Origin: Nannocystales bacterium
GTDB lineage: Bacteria; Myxococcota_A; Polyangia; Nannocystales; Nannocystaceae
Direction: 5' to 3'
NCBI GenBank assembly: GCA_050633305.1
Contig: JBOEGF010000018.1
Coordinates: 480,001 to 544,000 of the forward strand
DNA length: 64,000 nt
This document shows, one piece after another, positions 39,324 through 46,347 of this stretch. Made by a program: the position numbers and the translations under genes. Each line of letters begins with the position of its first letter. The first letter of the stretch is position 1. The notes under the pieces are model-generated. The model made no database searches. It saw only the letters and a list, made by a program, of their open reading frames with translations, and was not told where the DNA came from.

Positions 39324-40701
39324 TCGGCATTCCTCCCAGACGGCCTTCCACCCATAGCCGACTCACGGCGAACTCACCGTGTTTGGCTTTCGCGGCGGCG
39401 AGGTTCTTCACCGCGACTCGTCGGATCTTGGTGTGGCCTTTGGCGTTGCGAGAGACGGTAAACAAACGAATCCGTTCGTCGGACAGGTCGAGTCCGTCGA
39501 GGACCAGTGGGTTGTGGGTCGTCAGGAACGCCTGCCTGCGTGCCGCGAGAAGAGCTTCGCAGAACGCGCGTGTCAGCGCCCGTGCGGCGCGTGGGTTCAA
39601 GGACTGGTCGAAGTTGTCGACCGCGAACGCGAGAGGGGACCTGGTATGAGCAGCAAGCACCATCATGAACAGGACGAAGAGGGCGCCCTCGCTCGCGTCG
39701 TATCCGGAAAGGACGTTGCGCTTGCTCGCCATGAAGCGGTCACGGAATTCGACGACCTGGCGACTTGTGGGGACGCTGGGAGAGAGAAACTTGCTAGACG
39801 GCTCACCTGTGCCGATGGAGCGCGCCCAGTCGATCAGTCCGAGCGCGCGTGAGAGTGCCGCTCGACCGGACTTGCTCGTCGAGAGGGCGCCTACCGCTTC
39901 GGCGAGTTGTCCTCCGTAGAGTCCGACCGGCGCCCGCGGGGCGCTATCAGGAGCGACCGCCCGAAGCACAGGAGTCACGGGGGCAAAGATCGCGAAGTCA
40001 TCCAAGGTCGACAGCAAGTCGCGCGCCACGAGCGGGGCCTCAGGACTTGCTCGTGCAAGCGTCGTAACGCTGCGTGTGTTCTCCAGGGGGACGGATAGTC
40101 CGAGCGCAGATGCATTGCCGCTCGGTGCCCTGGACGCGATCGTCGCTCCGTCGACGATCAGCGACTCATTCCCGAACTTCCAGAACGGTGACGGGTTGGT
40201 CGTCGAGTTGGTAATGTACGCGTGGTAGGCCGCGCCTCCGGTAGAGGTAGCGCGAAGCGAAATCTTGGGCGCCAGCCGTTCGTTCGCGAAGCTGCTCTTG
40301 TAGAGTTCTGGGACTCCAGGCCTGACACCTCGCCGCAGCAATGCTTGGTCATCGACAACACCCGCCGCGCACGCTCCGAGGATTCCGATCGCTTCGAGCA
40401 GGCAGCTCTTGCCGGCTCCGTTTGCGCCGACGAAGACGTTGACCTGCCCGAAATCCACGGACACCGACTTCAAGGACTTGAAGTCCTTGACCTCAAGCGA
40501 CGCGAGGTGGCCTGCGAGTTCGCGTTCTTCAGGCGATTGTTCGTCCGCCTGGGCGCGGGGGGCCGACACTTTCGGAACGGTGCGTCGAGTCTTCCGAGTT
40601 GTCTTCTTGGGAGTCCGGGTTGCCTTCTTCGACTTGGACTTCCCCTTGCGTTGAGCTGGTCGGTCCTGCGCTTGCTTCTTTTTTGTCGCTTTCTTCGGCA
40701 T
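39316..40701 (-). CDS. ABC-type ATPase (AAA_21/AAA_15-like) with basic N-terminal tail
   Basis: FKSL, Walker A GANGAGKS, signature ASEG, Walker B FAVDN, H-loop TTHNP, C-terminal LWVEGRLGG. Confidence 0.9.
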   Translation of the reverse strand: MPKKATKKKQAQDRPAQRKGKSKSKKATRTPKKTTRKTRRTVPKVSAPRAQADEQSPEERELAGHLASLEVKDFKSLKSVSVDFGQVNVFVGANGAGKSCLLEAIGILGACAAGVVDDQALLRRGVRPGVPELYKSSFANERLAPKISLRATSTGGAAYHAYITNSTTNPSPFWKFGNESLIVDGATIASRAPSGNASALGLSVPLENTRSVTTLARASPEAPLVARDLLSTLDDFAIFAPVTPVLRAVAPDSAPRAPVGLYGGQLAEAVGALSTSKSGRAALSRALGLIDWARSIGTGEPSSKFLSPSVPTSRQVVEFRDRFMASKRNVLSGYDASEGALFVLFMMVLAAHTRSPLAFAVDNFDQSLNPRAARALTRAFCEALLAARRQAFLTTHNPLVLDGLDLSDERIRLFTVSRNAKGHTKIRRVAVKNLAAAKAKHGEFAVSRLWVEGRLGGMPSV

Positions 40702-40786
40702 CACTCAACTCTTGCGTCCAGTCGAATAGTGGCTCGTCATGCTCATCTTGTTGCGCCCGGAGAACCGCGCCGAGTGTCGCATGCTC

Positions 40787-41020
40787 CTACCGGTTTCCGA
40801 GAACGCAAGGTCCACTTCCCGGGCGGTGCGGGAAGCCGTAGCCGCTGCAGGCACAGGTAGGTCGACCGCGCCGATGCGACTGCACAGTTGTGGAGGTGCC
40901 GCCATGGGATGCGCAGCGCCCAAGCGGGTCTCCCCAGACGCTGAAGCCTTGGCAAGCTCGCCCTTCCCGCGTGTATGCCGTGCATCTTCGGAGCTTGCGG
41001 ACCGTGTCGGAGTAGGCCAT
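40787..41020 (-). CDS. HGGxSTG-like zinc-binding small protein
   Basis: CTAYTREGRAC...GRCASHGGTST plus a second Cys/His cluster CACSGYGFPHRPGSGPC. Confidence 0.7.
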   Translation of the reverse strand: MAYSDTVRKLRRCTAYTREGRACQGFSVWGDPLGRCASHGGTSTTVQSHRRGRPTCACSGYGFPHRPGSGPCVLGNR

Positions 41021-41188
41021 CGGACGCTCTACGTCAGCTGAGTGACCGGCTCTCAGGCCCCTCGACGAATAGGGCCGTTGGGCGGCCTCTCGCGTTCGAA
41101 TTCGCGTTCGAACCAGCTGTCGGAATCAACTGGTTGGCGCCCGCGGAAAGCCGGCGCCGTGCGCCTGCGCTTCCCGGTTCTCGGTCGC

Positions 41189-41686
41189 CTATGACCAAGC
41201 CAAGGCCCGAGGGATCCGGCGATCTTCGACGCAGCCTCGGCCGCGGCGGCGACAACAGGGCTGTCGGGTACAGCCCATGAAGATCATCGGATCCCGGTGT
41301 TTGAAGAGCAGATAGGGGAGGCCGGACTCGTGCCTGGGCTCGGTCCCGAACTCGCGGACGTCGATGCGTCCGTGCCGGGTCGGTGCGCAAGCCCGCCAGG
41401 CAGATTGGAGAAGCGTGGGCGCTAGAAGGGCCGGACGTCCCGATGGCGCGGCGAGGAGGTGCCAGTGCCAGCCTTGCCCGTCGGGGTGGACGTCGCCGCT
41501 GTAGAGCACGAGGACGTGCTGGTCGAGCCGCGCCGCCAGCTCGCGAGCGAATCGCTTCGGGTCGCGGAGCGCGGCGTACTCGGAGATCGGGCGGCGATAG
41601 GTCAGCGTCATGAACACCGACCAGTCGACCGTCGACGTCGCGGCGAGCCATGCCTGCGCCGCGCGGCGGTCGAGCCCGTCTCTCAC
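41189..41686 (-). CDS. Small HUH endonuclease, rolling-circle Rep-like
   Basis: Motif I FMTLTY, motif II GWHWHLL, motif III-like YLLFK; GTG 41686 overlaps the xis stop (GTGA) with GGAGG just upstream. Confidence 0.72.
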   Translation of the reverse strand: MRDGLDRRAAQAWLAATSTVDWSVFMTLTYRRPISEYAALRDPKRFARELAARLDQHVLVLYSGDVHPDGQGWHWHLLAAPSGRPALLAPTLLQSAWRACAPTRHGRIDVREFGTEPRHESGLPYLLFKHRDPMIFMGCTRQPCCRRRGRGCVEDRRIPRALAWS

Positions 41687-41919
41687 CACTCCTCCGCGGT
41701 GGAGTCGCGCTGCGAGTCCCCGAGGAACTCCTCGATGGACTCCATCGCGTAGCGGATGATCGCGGTCCGAGCCTTGTGGAACTTGTGGTAGCGAGGGCCG
41801 ATGCCCTGTCTTCGCCATCGACTCAGCGTCGCGGTCGAGACGTTGAGCAGTTCGGCCACGTCCTGCGGGCGCAGGAGTGCTTGCGGGCGACCGTCGCCCG
41901 CCCCATCAGTTGCCAGCAT
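41683..41919 (-). CDS. Excisionase/AlpA-like HTH (HTH_17)
   Basis: LLRPQDVAELLNVSTATLSRWRRQGIGPRY..IRYAMESIEEF. Confidence 0.88.
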   Translation of the reverse strand: MLATDGAGDGRPQALLRPQDVAELLNVSTATLSRWRRQGIGPRYHKFHKARTAIIRYAMESIEEFLGDSQRDSTAEEW

Positions 41920-42047
41920 GTTGGTAGATGTAGCCGCGACAGGATTTGCGTCAAGTCGAAATCTTCAATCATCGCTACATGTTAGCTGTCACCCTCGAAC
42001 ACTCTGCGGGTACGGTCTGCCACCGTCTGCGACTCAACTGCCGGTGA

Positions 42048-43253
42048 TCATCGGCTGGCACGATTCGCTCCGAAGCCCATCGAGTCTGCGAGCCGCTGCG
42101 AGATTTTCTTGCTCGCTTCCTGCAGCGGGTGGAGCTGAAGCTCCGCGTACCGCTGGGTCGTCGCCTGGCTCTTGTGGCCAAGCAGCGACCCAATCACCGG
42201 GAGCGAGTGCTGGAGCCCGACCGCGTGTGTCGCGAAGTTGTGCCGCAGGTCGTGGAGCCGGACATCGCCCAGCCCGGCACGCTTGCGCACCGCCATCCAC
42301 GGCTTGTTGATGTCGTGCAGCGGTCGCCCGGGGTTCTTCGGGGACGCGAAGACGTAGGCGTTCTCCGGGTCGCGTGGGAGCCCTTCGAGTACCGTTCGCG
42401 CGGCCGCGTTCAGCGGGACGATCTTGCTCCCAGTCTTGCTGTCGCGGAGCCGCAGCATGTTTCGCTCGAAGTCGACTTCGTCCCAGCGCAGGCGTAGGCA
42501 CTCGCTGCGGCGCACCCCGGTGAACAGCAGGAAGCGGATCGCCGCGATGGCCGTCGGGTTCAGCGCGACGGTCGGGTCGTCGCTCTCGGCCTCCAGCAGC
42601 ACATTGGCCAAGCGGCGGAGCTCGAGATCGTTGAGGTCGCGGTGGAGCTTCCGCTCCTTGTACCGCTGCACGCGAGCGGACGGGTTCGAGCCGATCGGTC
42701 GCCAGCCCCAGGTCTCGGCGAGGTTGAGCATCTTGCTGATGAGCGACAGCACCCGGTTGGCGGCGCCCGTGGTCTCTCGCATGCCGTGGTGCAGAGACTG
42801 CACGTCATCCAGACCGATGGCGGTCACCTTGAGCTTCCCCAGGCGGGGCAGGACGTGAAGCCGGAGGTTGGCCCGGTCGGTCTCGACCGAGGACGGCTCC
42901 TTCTTCGGGACCGCGTGCTCCCGCAGGTACCGCTCCGCGAGGTCTTCGACCGTTGGCGCCCGTCGCAGGCTCTGGCGTGTCTTCGACGGGTCGCCGCCCT
43001 GCTTGACGATGTGCAGCCACTCGCGCGCGATCTCCCGCGCCTGGTCGACCGTCAGCTCCCCGAAGGACCCGATCTTCGGCTTACGGCTCGTGTTGTCCTG
43101 GGTCCGGTAGAAGAGCAGGAACGAGGCGCGCCCGGTGGCGTAGACCCGGCACATCAGCCCGGTCACCTCGGTGTCCCAGAACTCGACCGCTCGCTTCTCC
43201 TTGCGGGCAGCGTCGATGATGCGCTTCGTGATCCGTGTCGTTTCGCTCGCCAT
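42048..43253 (-). CDS. Tyrosine integrase with N-terminal arm-binding domain
   Basis: WDTEVTGL..RV..TG arm domain; catalytic R (TGVRRSE), K (DSKTG), HDLRH, LGH, Y (TQRYA) all intact. Confidence 0.96.
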   Translation of the reverse strand: MASETTRITKRIIDAARKEKRAVEFWDTEVTGLMCRVYATGRASFLLFYRTQDNTSRKPKIGSFGELTVDQAREIAREWLHIVKQGGDPSKTRQSLRRAPTVEDLAERYLREHAVPKKEPSSVETDRANLRLHVLPRLGKLKVTAIGLDDVQSLHHGMRETTGAANRVLSLISKMLNLAETWGWRPIGSNPSARVQRYKERKLHRDLNDLELRRLANVLLEAESDDPTVALNPTAIAAIRFLLFTGVRRSECLRLRWDEVDFERNMLRLRDSKTGSKIVPLNAAARTVLEGLPRDPENAYVFASPKNPGRPLHDINKPWMAVRKRAGLGDVRLHDLRHNFATHAVGLQHSLPVIGSLLGHKSQATTQRYAELQLHPLQEASKKISQRLADSMGFGANRASR

Positions 43254-43422
43254 CCGTGCTTCTCCAGGTCGCAACCAGGTAGCACCAAGATGACCCCAGG
43301 TGACCGAACCCGCAATCGTGAAGTCGACCGGGAAGCAGTGATAGCGAGCGTTTAGGGCCGAAGTGGCGACTTTTCCGTTCAACCCGCCCGAAGTCGATCC
43401 AACCTGTCTCGTGCCGACACGG

Positions 43423-43477
43423 GGACTGAAAATCCGGGTGTCCGTGGTTCAAATCCGCGCCTGGGCACTGAAACCCG
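43423..43477 (+). repeat. attR direct repeat (tRNA-Phe 3' fragment) followed by a terminator copy
   Basis: Identical to 38538-38592; followed by TCTC-TT-GAGGCGGGTTTTTCTTTTT. Confidence 0.95.
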
Positions 43478-43586
43478 TCTCTTGAGGCGGGTTTTTCTTT
43501 TTGGTTCGGCAGCGAGATCGCCGTCTCGACCGGCTTCACCGCCGCAGATCGGGTCTCGCGGACCGCGCTAAACTCTGGCTGCTCGC

Positions 43587-45251
43587 ATGGGTCTGCTCTC
43601 CCCAACGCCCACGCCCTACGATCCGCTGGAGTGGGAAGGTCTACCGCTCCCCGAGAAGCTCAAGTGGGTTTGCCGAGCGTGGGTGGTGCAGGGGTACGGC
43701 ACGCCGTTGGCGATCTACGGCGCGTACGGTCTCAAGGTCGCCGCGTACATCGGTGGGTGGGTGTTCTTCTGCAGCCTCTCCCCGTCGCTCGGGTCATGGA
43801 CAGAGCTGGGACAGTGGTGGTCCCACCCCGTGGCGTTCGAGAAGGCGATCCTTTGGAGCCTGCTGTTCGAGGTCATGGGCTTCGGCTGCGGGAGCGGTCC
43901 GCTGACGGGGCGCTACCTTCCACCCGTCGGAGGGCTGTTGTACTGGCTCCGCCCCGGCACGACGAAGCTTCCGCCGTGGCCGCAGCTCCCGGGCGCGGGC
44001 GGGCACCAGCGGACGTGGCTGGATGTGCTCGCGTACGCAGGGTTGCTGGGGCTCACGGTGCGCGCACTGTTGTTGCCGCAGGCCGCGATGCTCGACTGGG
44101 TCGCGGTGTTGGTGGCGCTGCTCGTGCTGGGCCTCCGCGACCGCACGATCGTGCTCGCAGCTCGTGTGGAGCACTACGGAGTCACCGCGGTGTGTTTCGC
44201 GTTTTCGCCGAATCCTCTGGCGGGTGCGATGGCCGTACAGCTGGCGCTGTGGTTTTTCGCGGGCGTCTCCAAGCTCAACCATCATTTTCCCACGGTGGTC
44301 AGCGTGATGACCTCGAACAGCCCGAGCACGCCACTGTTGTGGCTGCGCAAGCGGATGGTTCGCGGCTATCCCGACGACTTGCGTCCCTCGGCGTTGGCGG
44401 CGGTGGCCGGACACTTCGGCACGGCGCTCGAGCTGGGTGTGCCGTTGGTGCTCCTCGCGGGGGAGGGAGGCACGGTCACCCTTGTGGGCCTGGTGTTGAT
44501 GCTCGTCCTTCATACCTTCATCACCAGCAACGTTCCGATGGGTGTGCCGCTGGAGTGGAACGTGATGGTGGTCTACGGCGGGTTCGTCCTTTTCGGTGCC
44601 CACAATCTCCACCTCGCCGACGTCGGGCTCCCGGTTGGCCTCTTCTTGGTGCTCACGGTCGTGGTGGTGCCCTTGGTCGGCAACGTGGTGCCGGATCGCG
44701 TGTCGTTCTTGTTGTCGATGCGCTACTACGCGGGGAACTGGCCGTGCAGCGTGTGGTTGTTTCGCGATGAGGCCTGGCGAAAGCTGGAACGGCTCACCAA
44801 GAGCGCTCCGTGGGTCTACGACCAGCTGGCGGTGGCGTACGACCGGGGGACGTCGGTCGGACTCGTCGGGAAGGTGATGGCGTTCCGGGCCATGCACCTG
44901 CACGGGCGGGCCTTGCCCACGCTTGTACCGCGGGCGATCGAAGGGGCAGGGGAGTTCGAGCGGTTCCACTGGCTCGATGGCGAACTTGTTGCGGGGCTGG
45001 CCCTCGGGTGGAACTTTGGCGACGGGCACTTGCACCACGAGCAGCTGGTGGATGCTCTGCAGGCGCAGTGTGGGTTCGAGCGGGGCGAGCTGCGCATCGT
45101 CTGCATCGAGTCGCAGCCTCTGCATCGGCAGACGCTCGACTACCGCTTGCTCGATGCAGCGAGCGGCGAGCTGGATCGAGGGCGGATCCCCGTTGCGACG
45201 CTCCGAGGGTTGCAGCCTTGGGAGTCCATGGAGCCACCCCCGCACGGCTGA
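43587..45251 (+). CDS. DUF3556-like polytopic membrane protein
   Basis: W..QGYGTP, GSGPLTGRY, SKLNHHFP, PMGVPLEWN, SMRYYAGNW, GWNFGDGHLH. Confidence 0.75.
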   Translation: MGLLSPTPTPYDPLEWEGLPLPEKLKWVCRAWVVQGYGTPLAIYGAYGLKVAAYIGGWVFFCSLSPSLGSWTELGQWWSHPVAFEKAILWSLLFEVMGFGCGSGPLTGRYLPPVGGLLYWLRPGTTKLPPWPQLPGAGGHQRTWLDVLAYAGLLGLTVRALLLPQAAMLDWVAVLVALLVLGLRDRTIVLAARVEHYGVTAVCFAFSPNPLAGAMAVQLALWFFAGVSKLNHHFPTVVSVMTSNSPSTPLLWLRKRMVRGYPDDLRPSALAAVAGHFGTALELGVPLVLLAGEGGTVTLVGLVLMLVLHTFITSNVPMGVPLEWNVMVVYGGFVLFGAHNLHLADVGLPVGLFLVLTVVVVPLVGNVVPDRVSFLLSMRYYAGNWPCSVWLFRDEAWRKLERLTKSAPWVYDQLAVAYDRGTSVGLVGKVMAFRAMHLHGRALPTLVPRAIEGAGEFERFHWLDGELVAGLALGWNFGDGHLHHEQLVDALQAQCGFERGELRIVCIESQPLHRQTLDYRLLDAASGELDRGRIPVATLRGLQPWESMEPPPHG

Positions 45252-45304
45252 AGACACGCAGCAAATTTTCGTCCGGCGAACGTTCGGGTCATGGTGAGGA
45301 GGCT

Positions 45305-46306
45305 GTGTTCGACCTGTCCTTGCTGGTGCTCTCCAGTTTGCTTGCCGCTGCGACTCCTGAACATGGGGGAGGCTCCGCGCACGTGGTTCGAAAGGGCGAG
45401 ACCCTCTGGGAGCTGGCGCGGGAGCGAGGCTGTACGGTCGAGCAGGTCCGCAAGGTCAACGGGCTGAGGCCCGGAGGTCTTCGTATCGGCATGACGCTCA
45501 CGTTGCCCTCGTGCAGGCCGGTGGTCGCCAAGACCCACATTGTGGCCCGAGGGGACACGCTTTCCGCCGTCGCCAGGCGGTATGGCACCACGGTGGCGGC
45601 GATTCGAACCCACAACCGCCTCGACTCGGACGTCATCCGCGTGGGGCAGAGACTCCAGATCACGGGGTCCGCTCCGCCGCCTGCGATTCGCATGGTCAAG
45701 GGCCAGAGTGTCGGCTCCCCGCAGCGAGGCAAGCTTTCGGAGCCCGCCCGGCTTCCGCAGAGCAAACGCTACTACCGGCGTCGTCTTCCCCGAACCTATG
45801 CCGCGGCGCACGTCGTCGACCAGTTATCCGCCGCCATCGCAGCGGTGTCCGCCGCCCACCCGAAGGTCGGTCGTCTCGCGATCGGTGACCTCTCCGATGA
45901 GGATGGGGGGAGCCTGTCGGGACACAACTCGCACCAGTCAGGCCGTGATGTCGACCTCGGCCTGTACTTCAAGAAACAGCCGGCTGGATACCCCAAGGAG
46001 TTCGTACCGGCGGTCAAGGGACAGCTCGATGTTGCCGCCATGTGGACCCTGCTCGATACGCTCTACGGACAGTCGAAGAAGCCCGGCGGTCCCACCAAAA
46101 TCTTCTTGGACTACCGGATTCAGAAGCAGCTGTATCTGTACGCTCGGAGTCAGAAAGTGAGCCGGGCGAAGCTCAAGAAGATCTTCAGCTACCCGGACGG
46201 TCGTTGGGCGGGGGGCCGACTGGTGCAGCATCTGCGCAACCACCACGACCACCTACACGTCCGCTTTGGGTGCCCTCCCAAGGACTCCGGCTGCAAAGGC
46301 GGATGA
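45305..46306 (+). CDS. Two LysM domains + penicillin-insensitive murein endopeptidase (MepA-like)
   Basis: HVVRKGETL and HIVARGDTL LysM repeats; IGDLS..GG..GHNSHQSGRDVD and HHDHLHVR (LAS motifs); GAGGAGG RBS. Confidence 0.88.
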   Translation: MFDLSLLVLSSLLAAATPEHGGGSAHVVRKGETLWELARERGCTVEQVRKVNGLRPGGLRIGMTLTLPSCRPVVAKTHIVARGDTLSAVARRYGTTVAAIRTHNRLDSDVIRVGQRLQITGSAPPPAIRMVKGQSVGSPQRGKLSEPARLPQSKRYYRRRLPRTYAAAHVVDQLSAAIAAVSAAHPKVGRLAIGDLSDEDGGSLSGHNSHQSGRDVDLGLYFKKQPAGYPKEFVPAVKGQLDVAAMWTLLDTLYGQSKKPGGPTKIFLDYRIQKQLYLYARSQKVSRAKLKKIFSYPDGRWAGGRLVQHLRNHHDHLHVRFGCPPKDSGCKGG

Positions 46307-46347
46307 GTTGGAATGGAGCCAATGCTCCAGGCGTCATCGCGCCGACA

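Larger units (their letters stand above)
38538..43477 (-). mobile_element. ~4.9-kb tRNA-Phe-integrated element (Int, Xis, HUH Rep-like, HGGxSTG protein, ATPase-TOPRIM cargo)
   Basis: Direct repeats at both ends, integrase adjacent to attR, all six genes on the minus strand. Confidence 0.93.

Noticed and set aside
43423..43467. Second tRNA-Phe gene
   Set aside because: Only the 3' half is present (no acceptor 5' strand or D arm); it is the att duplication.
38538..43477. Prophage or inovirus call for the integrated element
   Set aside because: No structural genes, Zot-like ATPase or small TM coat proteins; the ATPase is ABC-type.
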